NCBI RefSeq assembly: GCF_964204645.1
Contig: NC_134027.1
Span: 25,258,560-25,322,559, forward strand
Reading direction: 5' to 3'
Origin: Tubulanus polymorphus
Lineage: Eukaryota; Animalia; Nemertea
DNA: 64,000 nt
Positions within the stretch are counted from its first letter, which is position 1; every line of letters begins with the position of its first letter. The notes below the pieces were generated by a model. That model was not told the DNA's origin and did not search any database. It saw nothing but the letters and a program-made list of their open reading frames with translations. Both the position numbers and the translations under genes were made by a program. Positions 25,751 through 39,170 of the stretch are shown here, piece by piece.

Positions 25751-27754
25751 ACTATATCATTATCTCATTGATTTTCAAATTATAGTTACACGTAACCATT
25801 TTGACGTCATATTAACGCATTTAACGCTAGCGACACCTGGCGGATCCTGGTGGAATGTCGCTTTGCGAGAACCACCCGTTCAAGAAACGGCGCGAAAAAT
25901 AGGTGAAATTCTCGCGAAGATTTTTTCATGTTTACCAGGAAAACACTTTCGCTCGATCACGATTTTTTGTCATTTGTGCTTCAGAACTCGCAACGGAAGG
26001 AACTTACTTAAGGAAGATGAGATCATGACTTGCTGGACCACGAATTTGTTTACTAGCCACTAATACGATAATGGTTAGACTTTATCCTTTATCCGCTGGT
26101 TCATTTATTCAATTAATAATTAATTCGACTATCGAGCGACATCTGACGGATGCCGTGAAGGTTTCAGGCCGTCGGGTTAGAATCCCGATACAGCTCCGAT
26201 GCTGTCTGCATTCTATGGCTATGAAAGATTCAGTCTGCTGCGAATGCTGTCACCTAAAACCTATAAACCATTGACGAAAGTCTGCACTCAAACCGGTTGA
26301 ACTCTGCAATTATCACCAAAACAATGAAGAAAACCGAAGAAAAAGAAGGAAATTCAAGCATCATGGCCGAATAAATGATCTTGGTCTGAAACCAGCAAAC
26401 GAACAATCCTGACCTGAGTGCAAAGAGATTGGGCACTTGCAAAACCTGTCGAAAAATCAGTCAAACAGCAAAATAAAACACTGAGAGATGGAGAGGAGAC
26501 TCAAAAACAAATGTATTTTTGTATGTTTGTTCACAAGGTGACACTAGATTACATGTGAGACATGTGGTTATTCGCCTACTTTTCATCTTTTCGCTACCTT
26601 GACAGTGGGTAGTTTTGATGCACGTTGGTGGTTTTTAATTAGAGATTTAATCTTTAAAATGGGGCGAGTGATTTATTCAAATTTCCTAAGGATACAAGGC
26701 ATCATCGACTAAAATAGTGCGAGTATCTATCTTATCAAATGTGTGAAGTGTGATTGCTGGTGGTGTGGTTTCTTATCTATGAAGTCTGGGGGGAGCAGTC
26801 ATGCTATGAATCAGTGTTAAAAGCCTATACACTAAAACGTGTTGTTTACTCAAGAACCGACAGAAAATTTAGCAATTATGGCCGGATAAATATTCTTGGG
26901 CCGAAACAAGACTGACCTGAACTCGACTGAAAACAAGGCAAATAGGTAGGCGACTCCGCAAAACCTTTCAGAATAATCAGTCATCGAGGATGTTAAAACA
27001 ATGTTGCATTTGTAGTAAACATTTAGAGGAAAGGTTTTGATGTTTGAAGAACAAGGCGCGGCATCATTGCCCGCCGTGTATATTTTGTATTTGGCCCAAT
27101 AGTGACCAGAACTACATTCAGCCTATCAACGCTTTGATACTAAGGGCGCATATTCCATCCGCACGGATATAGTCTTTAGTAATTCTATCTTTACGCCTTA
27201 AACGCAGGATATTCTGATCGAATCGGGCATGGAACAACTTCTGATAGTAAAGTTTGAAGGATTTATTATTGATAGTATTGATAGTATGCACAGGGAAGCG
27301 AGTATCATATTTACAAACACCGTAGTAGAAAGCATGTGCACAGCCAATACTCAGAAAGGCGGTTCAGTCTGCTGCCCCTTCAAACACATAGACGATCAGT
27401 TTTTTGATAAGATTTCTATTATCTTGTGTTAGTAGTTTATTTCCGATTAAAAGAAAATATTGCGCGTGAATTCTTCAACACATCGCTGCTCGCCCACAAG
27501 AGGTGATCGATCAGTTGGCATCACATTCAGAGTCTGGTTGCTTTAAAGCGAAACCAAATTTCCCTTTAACCTTGAACGTTGTAGTCACAGTGATACGGAG
27601 GGAACTATAAAAATCCTTATTCAAACTGATACTGCACGTACACGGCTGTTTTTCTAAAATTACCGGGTTTGCTAGTGATGGGCGTGGCGCTGCTGCAAGT
27701 TGAATCACGTTGATCCAAAATCTACATTTGTCAGCGTCGGACGAAAATCCATTC

Positions 27755-28891
27755 ATGGCAGACGTAAACGCGATGAAAGATTCAAATATTTCAACGCCGA
27801 CGACTACGATCGAACCGATCGTAAAGACCTGGTCGAGTGTGTGTGATTGGGCGAAGGACACGTATCCGCCCGGCTGGGATCTCATATTCAGTGTTTACAT
27901 GTATATATTTGGCTACGGGTCGCTCACAGTTTGCGCTATTATTTTAAACACGATCACGTTTTTAGTGTTGAAGAAAATGGACAATGAAGTTTATTATTTA
28001 ATCAAAGTCTTAGCAGTTTTTGATGTATCTTACTGTACAAGTGTATTCATCATGTACCCTCTACGCACTATTCACCTCTTTGTACATTTAGGTAGAACAA
28101 TATTCCACTATGACGACTGGCATTTTGGTTGGGAATTCATTACAGTGGCTTTAGGACCATATTACATGTTTCAACAAATTCGAAACTGGTGCGTTGTTCT
28201 AATCAGTTTGGAAAGACTTATCGTTACACTTTTCCCGTTAAAATCACGAATGTTCTGGACTCGAAAAGTTGTGAATTCTCTTGTTTTTCTGATCTCAATT
28301 TTCGGTTTCCTTTGCTTTTTGCCGATGTTTATACCGAAATGGCAACTAGGTGCGGTTTCGTGTTTCGGCTACAAGTCAACGTTCAGTCGTCGTAATCGAC
28401 TTTTTCCACAATACTGGAGTTCGGTATTAGTTCACTGGGAGGTACATTCGACAGGAAGGTTGGGAACGATACCCACTATCATACTACCAATGCTTTTATT
28501 GATTCTTTTAAACGTTATTTTAATTCTATCGTTAGTAATTATGAAATTTACAGCCAGGAAAGATTTAAGAACTGAACGTTCTAACACATTAGAATTGAGG
28601 GCTTTGCGAATGGCTTTCGCTTTGATAGTCGTTTTCGTAGCTTGTGAATCTTTATTGTTCCTTCAACAAATGGAGTTTTTTTCACAAATCAAACTTGCTA
28701 TACCGGCCCTTCCCGTAAAGATGAATAGCTTGATGGTCTTCAGAAAAATCGCAATCTCCCTGACCCTCTTAGATTCCTGCCTGAATTTCGTCGTTTATTG
28801 TTTTATCAACAGTAAATTCAGACTGACGACTAAACAGTTAGCAGTTCAATGCATAGCGCGCGTGACACGTTCGAAAAACGTACTAAAATAG
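27755..28891 (+). CDS. Class A GPCR with intronless CDS (orphan, FMRFamide/sex-peptide-receptor-like clade), about 378 aa
   Basis: Seven TM segments, LAVFD in TM2, ISLERLIVTLFP and LDSCLNFVVYC. First ATG at 27755 is preceded by an acceptor-like tttgtcag at about 27734. Confidence 0.92.
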   Translation: MADVNAMKDSNISTPTTTIEPIVKTWSSVCDWAKDTYPPGWDLIFSVYMYIFGYGSLTVCAIILNTITFLVLKKMDNEVYYLIKVLAVFDVSYCTSVFIMYPLRTIHLFVHLGRTIFHYDDWHFGWEFITVALGPYYMFQQIRNWCVVLISLERLIVTLFPLKSRMFWTRKVVNSLVFLISIFGFLCFLPMFIPKWQLGAVSCFGYKSTFSRRNRLFPQYWSSVLVHWEVHSTGRLGTIPTIILPMLLLILLNVILILSLVIMKFTARKDLRTERSNTLELRALRMAFALIVVFVACESLLFLQQMEFFSQIKLAIPALPVKMNSLMVFRKIAISLTLLDSCLNFVVYCFINSKFRLTTKQLAVQCIARVTRSKNVLK

Positions 28892-29301
28892 TATCCATTT
28901 TTATCGGATAAATCGGGACTCGAACCCATAATAACTTCCGCAATTAAAACGTCGGTTTTTTCGCTTATCTGTCGCATAAGCCATATCATTTCAATCGTGT
29001 GTGTATCCTAAAAAGACCAGTTATTTTCATCTCATGAGGTAGTCATTAAATTCATGAATATAAGAAACATGTCATCAGAATGACAACCGGAAGAGGGTGT
29101 GGTCACACGATTCACTTCCTTCAAAAATAACAAACACAAAATTGACAGTTACCGAGGCTTTTTTTGTCTTTGCCTGAATTGAAATACTACAGTCGGCAGT
29201 TTCGATCGTTCTCATCCGCGTTCAATTTTTACAGTAAACCTCGAATTGGTCTGAAATGTGACCAGTGAAATCTGTGCAGTCCGAATAAAACATTGTTTTT
29301 A

Positions 29302-29541
29302 TTAGACGAGAAGATACACAATATCCGTGTATGATGATGACGAGAGAAATCCCGCAATAACGAAGCCAAGATTGAAAAATTCTATATCGCAATGGTTGTA
29401 TTTGAGGAGCGACGTTTCGACTAACAACAGTTAGCCATCATCAGGCGTACCCATACGTCGTACGTCGCTCCTCAAATACAACCATTCTGATATATAATTT
29501 TTCAATCTTGGCTTCGTTATTGGGGGATTTCTCTCGTCATT
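29302..29541. mobile_element. Penelope-like pseudo-LTR fragment with inverted duplication
   Basis: About 29336-29415 is the reverse complement of about 29462-29540. The same family occurs at about 461-585 and 3925-4049, where the ribozyme core is deleted. Confidence 0.75.
29404..29447 (-). ncRNA. Minimal type I hammerhead ribozyme motif (stem I truncated)
   Basis: Minus strand reads CUGAUGA-U-GGCUAAC-UGUU-GUUAGUC-GAAA-C-GUC: conserved core, 7-bp stem II, palindromic ACGU stem III and a GUC site. Confidence 0.7.
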
Positions 29542-30686
29542 GTTTTTACGTACGTGCGTTTTACACTGAATTGAAGAATTGTCAAAAAGCTTCGTTTGCT
29601 CCAGTGGAATCAGAGAAAAATGACTCCATAATTTGAATGTTTAACTCCTGTCTCCGGTGAGAAGGGATATGAAATGGATTAAGGTAAATGATATATTTGC
29701 ATACCTATAAAACAGAAATGGTTTTCTAAAATGAAATGAAAATGTTTGATTTCATTGAACGAACTCTAAATTTGATATGCTTTCTTCAATAATTCACTTC
29801 ACTTAATTATAAGTAAGATTTTACGCGAGTCCATTTTTGATTTCTTTCGCGTCTTGTGAAAATATAAAGTTAGACCATGTGTTTACATTAATTATAGGCT
29901 GTTCCCATCACTATTGTTTGTCTGGCGATTTATTGCATGCGGGTCTCTGTTTTCGACCTTTCTCATCCGACGATTATGAAAACCGCCTTCCCGCCGCCTC
30001 GAAAGCATGCGGTTTATTTGCGCTATTCTGATATTTACGAGTTTTTTTTGGTTGACGCGCAGAAAATTACAAGAACTTCCATTGTATTTTCGAGAAATAA
30101 TGATTACGCCACACCAGACGGGGAAACGCGGCACAGACAGGCGGCGGTGCACCTGGATCTTAAATCAACGACCGGTTGTACAAAGCCTTTATTTCCAGAA
30201 TCGATTGTTGTCATAATCAGTCATAAGAATGCGCCATAAGGTAAGACCGAGTTAATAGCTTAATGACATTAGTACAGAGCCACTATGAATGTACATTTTA
30301 AATTAATTTCCTGACGAGTATTTGGAGTATAGTACCGTCTATGAGGCTTACTGAACATTAATTGTTTCGGTCGGTCTGGCACCGATTTTCTCAGAATGCG
30401 ATTGAATACGATCCCACATTGATGATAAGGCTGGTTCCCGCGGTTTTTTTTTTTTCATTAATACGATCCCACATTGATGATAAGGCTGGTTTCCGCGCGT
30501 TTTTTTTCAAGCTTTGAGCGGTCAAAGCACGAATATGTCTCGTCACCCCACAGCCGAATTTGAATATCAACCGCGCACGCAATTTCAGTCACGATCGGTT
30601 CGCGAAAACCAACATTTAATAAATCGTATCTTGAAAGGCTTATTTTCTCGATCAGTTTACCGCTAGTTTTCCTGTATTTAGGTAAG

Positions 30687-31077
<391 letters not shown>

Positions 31078-31452
31078 CATTCAGTTAGTGTTGTGCATCG
31101 AATGTCTCGGCGTTAATTGTATCAGATCTAAATATCATTCCTCGTTGATTTCTTCGTCATTCCGGTGGCGACACAGTTCCTTCTGGCACCAACCGGAAAC
31201 CCCAATTTGCCGAAGTCATTAACCAAATTAGTCTTCAATTGAAGAAAAAACGGGATTGTCTCACAACAGTCGTCGTGCTGTCTATAAAACGCTGTACGAG
31301 GAATCTAATTTACGTCTGGTAAAAGCAACACGTATAAAGTAACACGAATGAGCCCGGTATAGAAGCTGTAATTCCCCCGTGACTTGTCTTCGCTGCTTTC
31401 CAGACAAAATCGGAGTGAAACTAGACGGTAAGCCATCAACAGCGAGTCAAGA

Positions 31453-31573
31453 GTCACTAAACTTGAGTTGAAACATCGGAAATCACTGATCTAACCAAGA
31501 GCTATATGATAAGATTTCACTAAACTTGAGTTGAAACATCGGAAATCAACGATCTAACCAAGAGCTATGTGAT
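31453..31573 (+). repeat. Tandem duplication of about 60 bp
   Basis: tcactaaacttgagttgaaacatcggaaatca...gatctaaccaagagctat occurs twice. Confidence 0.85.
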
Positions 31574-31779
31574 GTTCCCTAGTTCCAGTGACGGTTTCAC
31601 GGTTTAAATCGACGCCACTTTGAAGTTAAATTCGTTAAATTGTTAGTCAAACTCACAAGTGTGGAACTGAATCCAGGACCCAGATACACGTGCGTTTAAG
31701 GAAATTGGAAATTAATTCGTTTCAGCTCAAGAATCAACCTTAACAATATTGGATCTCGGGATTCCGTTATGAAGCCCTT

Positions 31780-32100
31780 ATTTTCGCACTGTTTGTATGC
31801 GTGCCTGTCTGCGTGGCTGTCTTTCAGCCACTTAACTTGTTAATAGTTGGTCGATCTTGATGAAACTCGGGTACAATGTTAATATGGGGGTCTAGTTGAC
31901 CAGTGTAAAGCATGGGCCCATTGCGCCTCAAAACGACAGAACTATTCAGGCACTAAAAACTCTATTTTCAGCCAATGGCCTTGAAGATGACCTCATCACT
32001 GAGGAACGGGGTCAAAATTAAATTGATTGTTTTGACAAAGCTATTGGCCCTAGACACAAAATCTCAAAAATACAATAGGAACTAACGGAATTTAGGAGTT
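31780..32100 (+). mobile_element. Interspersed repeat, HINE-like; second copy at about 33980-34410
   Basis: Shared blocks: degenerate gtct/gtat microsatellite, ttga(t/c)gaaac, atgtta(a/g)tatgggggtc, and tgaagatga(c/t)ctcat...tgaggaac. Confidence 0.55.
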
Positions 32101-32609
32101 CCAGATTCGAGCCGGAGCCCGCGAACCGTTGCCGTCTGCGGCTTGTTTCGGTATTTATCTGTTCACTTTTTCACTGCTGTTGCCAATTCGAATGTTCGTG
32201 GGTTCGAATCCCGGCGGTGACAGAATTTCACGGTTCTCAGCTTTGGTCTCTGCCTCTGTAAGAAGAAAATTTAAAAATCTCGCTAATCATTTCATCCGTG
32301 TTCGAGGAATGAAAAAGATCTGTACAGGCATGACATTTTCAGACTGTATCTAGCGGCATAAAAAAAAGTTGACACAATAAATCAGAATGACTTTGGACCA
32401 TGTAACCATAAAAGAGCATTCTTTCGACGTACAGTCGAAACATTATACGCACTGTAACTATTATAAGAACATTGACATTTTTAGACGGCGAAAAAAAAAC
32501 ATTTTCTCATAAATAAACACGGCCAGAAAGTATTTAAGATTGCGACCTAGGAAAGAAAACTGAGGTTCACACCATTGCGTGTTATTTGTCGCTAGGATAT
32601 CGCCGCTTT

Positions 32610-32752
32610 AGTGTTATTGGTTGGCTCGTTAATGTTTAACCTCATTGGTGGCAAGATAAAACCGTTTACGATTGGCGATTTCTTATCAGTTTCTTACCGC
32701 TTGACATCTCGGCAGCAGCGTAGTTGAGTATGGCGGGCAACTGGGTATACTG
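32610..32752 (+). promoter_or_regulatory. Candidate promoter and first exon of the dispanin gene
   Basis: Three inverted CCAAT boxes (ATTGG at 32616, 32644, 32671), then a strong donor TG|GTAAGT at 32752/32753. Matching acceptor AG at 35366-35367. Confidence 0.45.
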
Positions 32753-35413
32753 GTAAGTTTCATTTCTCGGTTTTGGTGTCGAATTTCTATTTCTAGTTTT
32801 TGACCAAATTTAAAAAAAAAACGTATCAAAAGATTTCGTAAGGTTTTGTCTTGTTTTTGATGGCAGTATTAATTAAAGGGCAACGAGTTATCTAGTTTAT
32901 TTCATTTTTTCTTTGTTTCCGCTGTGATGATCGGATTTATTTAGGTAAATCCGAAAACTGTTAGAAAATAAACAACATACTTCATCATATTGCGGGATCT
33001 TCATTTCATCAACGAACTGAAGAAAACATTGCAGTCAACCGTCGCTAAACTATTGAAACGTTAATTTTGAGAGTGGATTTTCCAATAAATGTAATTCAAG
33101 AAATCAGTTCTTGTATTTAGGGTTAGAAAACACCCCGAGATTGGTTTTAGGGCTTGGTTAAGGATTAGGTTTAGAGGTTAGTAATAGTTTAGGTTTACGA
33201 CGTCAAAACGCATGAGTTCGGACAGAACTGATGGTCTAATGGTAGAATGCCGCAGAGTGAAGTTATAGTGCATTGAATAGAGTTTTGTCCAGAACTTCTG
33301 TCCAGATTGGTCACTGCGTCTTATCTAAGTTATAAATACGTCACTAAACATCTATCCGTTCATGCGCATTTGAGAGTAATTATATGAATAATAATTTCAG
33401 AACTTTTCAATACGATGCTGAATTCTATCATAGGCCTAGTTTCATAGTTTTAACTCTAGATATTTCCAGTTTCTAGGCGCCATTTTGTGGCGGTCCCTCG
33501 AGGTCCCCATTGTTGCGATAATTTGCGCTCATTTTTAAAACATAAGTTTAGATGGAATATCATACAGTTCTGCAGTCCCTTGCTCGACGAACTTAGTTTA
33601 TACACCAATTTAAAAGGAAATGAAATGCAGATATTTGCCGGTGATTCTTGGAATTTTAGAACGCAACAATTAAGAGCAGTGACGATATGTGAAACTAAGG
33701 ACCGCATATCTTAACCGCGCGTAAAAAAAATCGCGATATCTATCAATTTTGAAATATCTAAGTATATCTTTAAGCTATATTTCCAATTTTCACAGTGGTT
33801 GAAGAGGGTTATTTGCAGTTAGGGCCTGCGTTGAAATTTTTTGATGATTTTTCCTGACGACTGATCTGTAACCGCTTGAGTAAGAGATTACGCGCCAAAG
33901 GGGTCTCCCACTGCGCACCGCAATTTCACTGAACAGTGAGATTTGCGAAACGAAATCGCAAAAATAAATTTTATTCAGGTGTAAGCCTCGCACTGTCTGT
34001 ATGTATGCGGGTCTGTGTGTCTTTCTCTTTTCGATAATAGTGGGTGATTTTGACGAAACGTAGGTTCGATGTTAGTATGGGGGTCAGTGCAAAGAATGTG
34101 TCCAGCGCACCACCTAGCGGCAGAACTGTAGGGACTAAAAACTCATTCTTTTCAGAGACGCGGCCCTGAAGATGATCTCATATGAGGAACTGTGTTGAAA
34201 TTCAACAAAAATTGTCTTGACATAATTTAACTACATGTAAAGTATTCAGCTCTAAGGGCCCCCTTTTGAAAAATTTTGCAAAACTATTCCCAGACTATTG
34301 TACTCGAAATACTAATGTACAGTTTATTCAGATTCTCACGTCAACTAAGTTAGCTAAAGACCTAGGTCGTTTTTGCTATGCGGGTTTCATCAAGACGACA
34401 TTATAATTCCATCGATCATCTATTGTATTAATTACCTTTTACCTTTTTTTGAATTTGTAAATATAAGTGCTATTAGAAGTTTTGTTATAATTAATAATCA
34501 ATAATAATTAATTATATATATATTCTATTTTCTTCCTCATCTTGTTAATATTCTTGTCACTTATGGTCATGTAATATTGATTTAAAAGACAATAAACATT
34601 AATTGAATTAAATTGAAATAATTGAATTGTATTCTCCCTAGCTACAACATTTCAAAAATGCAATAAAAAATAACGCATGGTATTTTCGGATTTCGAGACC
34701 GAGAAGCGTTGCCGCGTACCGGTATGGCTTGTTCAATTCATTGTGTTTAAACCCACTGTGAAACGTGAGATTCTGAATACGCGAATGAAAATTTCATTCG
34801 CTTTCAACGGAGTAAAATTCAATTTATTAACGCTACAATCAAGGCGTGAATACATGCAAATAACATTCAATTCTCTAATGCATTCGATTTTTTTTTACTC
34901 TCGGATTTCTAATCAGGAAAGAAGCAACTATAATTTGTTTTCTGTCTAGGTCTCGTCTTGTAAACTGTAAAACTGAAGCTGTCTTCTCCATTGTCTGTGA
35001 CGCATTGGCAAGGTGATAGAAAGTTTAACTGTTCATATAATTTCTTGTCTGCGTTATTAGCTAAACAGTTGTTGTAATCGCATCCCCCTTTGATTCCATT
35101 CACCGATGGCTCCATGACCGGCTCTTCCGCGAAAACTACATTAGTGTAATCGTAGTAGATGAATCCAACACTATTTTCAATCTTGTCAATATTTTCTATA
35201 TGATTTTACGTTTAGAATATCCTTTGCGGTATTATTATCCTACCCAAGATTGTGTTAGACTCAACTTGGGTCCAAGCCGTTACTGGCCCCATTAAGTCTG
35301 ATTCTTGAAATCTGATGTCAGAAAAAAAATTAAAAATGAACTAATTTCGCTTTATCCTTTGTAACAGGGCACCGCTGAGAATTAACAGGCCAAATGTATT
35401 CGATTAAACGGCC

Positions 35414-36689
35414 ATGTTTAAGAACTTACTCCGCAGTTTTGCGAAACCATCGAAAAATACAAAAAGAACGTCTAAATCGGCCGCAAAATATGAATTGACC
35501 GGAAACAAAACTCAAATCGATAACGATTCAATTCGGCAAGATGAGGCCTGCTCCAACGGCGCATTGAAGGCGGAACGCTCCGAGAATCCGTCCCAGCCCA
35601 AAAAACAAGTTCGTCTGCCCATGGACGAACACGTGGTCGTCTTGCATATATGCCCGAATGCGCACGCGACGGAAACCGACTCCGAATTCCCGCTGCAAGT
35701 TTTCAGTAATGATCCAGCAACGTCATCAACGACTGCGAAAAATGGCAGAAAAACTCAGAAAATCGGCGACAGCATCAAAAACTACGCGACCGTCCCATGC
35801 ACTAACCATAGATATCCTTCTAGTAGCAACTATTCAAATGGTTGTACGACACCCGCCATCAAGCCATGCATTAAACAACCAGTACCTCATATTGAACCGA
35901 AAGGTAGCACCGACAACTATAATGTCTACCTGGAAGATGGCCGGGTATTCATGTTTGCTCATAGGAGGTAAGGGAAACGTAACTGCATTTGCGGTTGGTA
36001 GGTGGAGCGTGGGGTCCTGTTTGGTTTTTCCAATTGGCTACATATTTTGGCTCTCTCTCTAATAAATCAGTTATAAAACTGAAATTATGGTCAATTCACA
36101 GCGCCAAAAGCTTTTCGCTTTAATGGAAGTATTTCGCTTGATGGCAAAGCGCGTCTTTAGCCATTTAACGGCCACTGACGGTCAATATAATTGATGAGTG
36201 AAACTGAGCTTACGCCTGGTCATATTAATGTCTCGTGGGTTCGGAACCCTCGGGTGGTCTTGTGGTATTAACTTTTTAGTCTATTTTTCCTTTCATTGCA
36301 GGCCCCGCGACTATCTAATGTGGTGTTCATACGCCTGTATGGTAATTGCATTTCCGTTCGGTTTGATGGCTTTACTGCTGACTCTATCCAGCAGAGAGGA
36401 TATGAAAAATTCAAACAACGTTCTGACCAATTCGGCCCGTCTGAAACGCGACGTAGCTTCACTCGTTTTAATGATCGGTTTGATCACGCTTATAACAGCA
36501 GTTTCTACTACTTTATGCTTGAATTTGCACGTATTTTTGCCCGCGTCGACAACGTCGAAGCCGACAGTCGCCAGTCCGCGGCATTCGAAACCGAATTACG
36601 GTGATATAGAGTCGATTTATCAAAGCGCCAAACGCGACCACAGAAGCGAAAACAAAGTCGACAACAGTCGATTAGAATTAGGCTCTTGA
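35414..36689 (+). CDS. CD225/dispanin (IFITM/PRRT-like) membrane protein, about 313 aa, 2 coding exons
   Basis: Exons 35414-35967 and 36302-36689 join in phase 2. RPRDYLMWCSYACMVIAFPFGLMALLLTLSSRE, followed by a second hydrophobic helix, fits the CD225 pattern P-x-DYL-x-W...P-x-G-x-x-AL...SR. Confidence 0.78.
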
Positions 36690-37981
36690 GCTATGGGGAC
36701 TCTACGTTCGACTGTGGCAATCGAGGATTCAACTTGTAAGCTCGCTTGCCACTGTAGCGTTGGAGTTCCCATCGAGCATAGAGTCAACAGAGAAGGTTTT
36801 AAATGTTTTTACGTGAAAATATGTTATTATAGATAATGTTTTATAAAATGTATTATGATTGTATTAAGATTATTATCGATGTTATAATCAATACCAAAAC
36901 AGTATTAGATTGTTAATAATACAGGCTGTTCCTACAACCATATCTTTCAACTTCACACAAAGAAATATCAGACGGAAGCAATATGTTATTGATTATCGAT
37001 ATTTGATCAGTCGATTGATTATAGATTCGGATATATATTACTAAATAACGATCGATTGCTTATTAATCGCTATTGATAATCAATAGATTGATGGAATCAA
37101 TCGATAATTAATATTGATTTATTTGTTTGATATTGATTCAGTTATTACGGGTAGTTTTAAGATTTGGTTGACGGTGTTTGTGTACGCTTGATGTTTTGAA
37201 CGATGGGCTCGGTGGTAATGAACTGCTTTACCTCAAACCCATCTCTCCCCCTACCGCCCTTCCTACCCTGTCACCCTCAGTTGCTAACGTATGTATTATG
37301 CTAACCCCCTCGCGTAACCCACCCCTCCCTTAAATCATAACAGTACAACTAGGACCAAGATAGGGCTAATTAAAGACCACTTTCACTGACGTCACGCATC
37401 AGCTTTGACATTTAATGTTTAACATTATTTAATTATTTCTACTATAAACTAAACTTTAAACGAGCAGTTACTTAATGGCCATCCTGGTTTTCTGTGACGT
37501 ATAGCGTGTTGTCTGCGTGCGTCATAACGGACGTCAAATGGTCGTCAACGTTTAATTGCGTCTCAACTTAGAAAAAAAGAGGTATTCAAAATGTCTTATC
37601 AAAATATCAGTATTCTTATGTATTTTTTCATAATCATAAATTTTTTATTGGAGTCTTATTGAAACCAGCTGCTGCAGGTGAAGCCATTTACTTCGACGAT
37701 ATGAATCGAATTTGAATATCCGTGTATCCGTAAAACTGCCGGAGTGGTTTTAGTGTAGTTTTTATCGGGGGAAAAAACGAGAAAATTCTAATGTATTTCT
37801 GCGTAAACGCATTTCCATCGTGTAGATATCAATCATGTATTCAACTCAGTATAGAAACGATGTGAATTTTTGTAAACACGCGTTATTAACGAGACTGGGA
37901 CCAACTAAAAATTATAGTGGACATTTTCTATCAGGGAAGGTATACATATATATCATATATTTCTTGCATCATATTTTGTCG

Positions 37982-38905
37982 TTTTTAGCCCACTTGGGAC
38001 TTTAGTCCCAGCGGGCTATTGCGTTCACTTTTCGTCCGTCGTCCGTCCGTCCGTCTGTCCGTATACGGAATCCAGTTATGTTGGGAAGTTTTGAAGACGC
38101 TTCAATATAATGTCTTGATATTTGGGTTACACATGTATCTACCATAGACACATCTTCAGTCCAAAGACTGGCCCGGTCAGAATCAAGATGGCCGACTAGC
38201 AGCCATTGTTGTTCGCCAAAATCCGCACTTCTTACACATTTTTGAAGCTTTGATGGAAATTTTGAAGACGCTTTGATTAATTACCTTGATCTTTTGTATA
38301 TATTTGAAACCCCAAGAGCCCATCAGCATAAGAAAAATTGGGTCGATCGGACTCAAGATGGTCGTCCTATGACCTTTTTAGTGCCCAAAAATGTCAATTT
38401 TGGCCGGAATTGTGAGTCCTGTAGCTTACTACTGGTTTGCCATTTCTTATTGCGATTTGCATCTATGATTGTGGTGAGTTTTAAGGACATTAGTTATTCT
38501 ACATGGTCACTAGGGGGTGTTGAATAGTAGAATAACTTAGTATTTCCTTAATAGATTGGTACCTAGTCATATTTTGTTATCATGATCAATGCAAAGTTGT
38601 AGTTCATGACATGTTCTATGATTGTGGTGATTTTCAAGTTCATTGGGTTTTGCATATGGTCACCAGGGGGCGTTGAATAGTAGAGTAACTTAGTATTTCC
38701 ATATTAAATTGGTAACGAGACATATTTTGTTATCACAATCAATTACAAATTGGTAGCTGCTGACATGTTCTATGATTGTGGTGGGTTTCAAGGTCATTGG
38801 TTTTTTTATATAGTCACCAGGGGGCGTTGAATGTTGAAATTGTTAGATTGTTGAGCATTTGAAACCACTTCCCAAGTGGGCATGGTGTCCCTGGACCCCT
38901 AGTTT
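37982..38905 (+). mobile_element. Helentron-associated interspersed element (HINE/DINE-1-like), apparently full length
   Basis: 5' TTTTTAGCCCACTTGGG with a hairpin, a (GTCC)n microsatellite, internal tandem repeats of about 150 bp (38460-38830), subterminal inverted repeat CCCAAGTGGGC (38871-38881), a 3' hairpin, then CTAGTTT. Confidence 0.8.
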
Positions 38906-39170
38906 ATCTGCGGAGTTAATAGATAAATTCAGGTGCTGATTTAACAATATTCAGTCGAATCCCACGACTGGGCCGGAACCCGCTATGACACAACGAGTCC
39001 AGGAGTGGGTTACTACCAAAATATGAAGCTAGCTGAGTACTGCCAACACGACGGGTTAACTCACATCCTTTATGAATTATTTTTCTGCAGTTAGAAATTT
39101 GCTAATTTGTAGTCTCGAAGGAAAATCATGACCGAAAAAGGCAGTGATCCTTGTTGAGCACCTTCGGAAG

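Noticed and set aside
33117-33197. TTAGGG-like degenerate run
   Set aside because: Too short and degenerate to call an interstitial telomeric repeat.
34909-35150. Cys-containing minus-strand ORF (MEPSVNGIKGGCDYNNC...)
   Set aside because: Looks protein-like, but I could not assign splice partners or a family.
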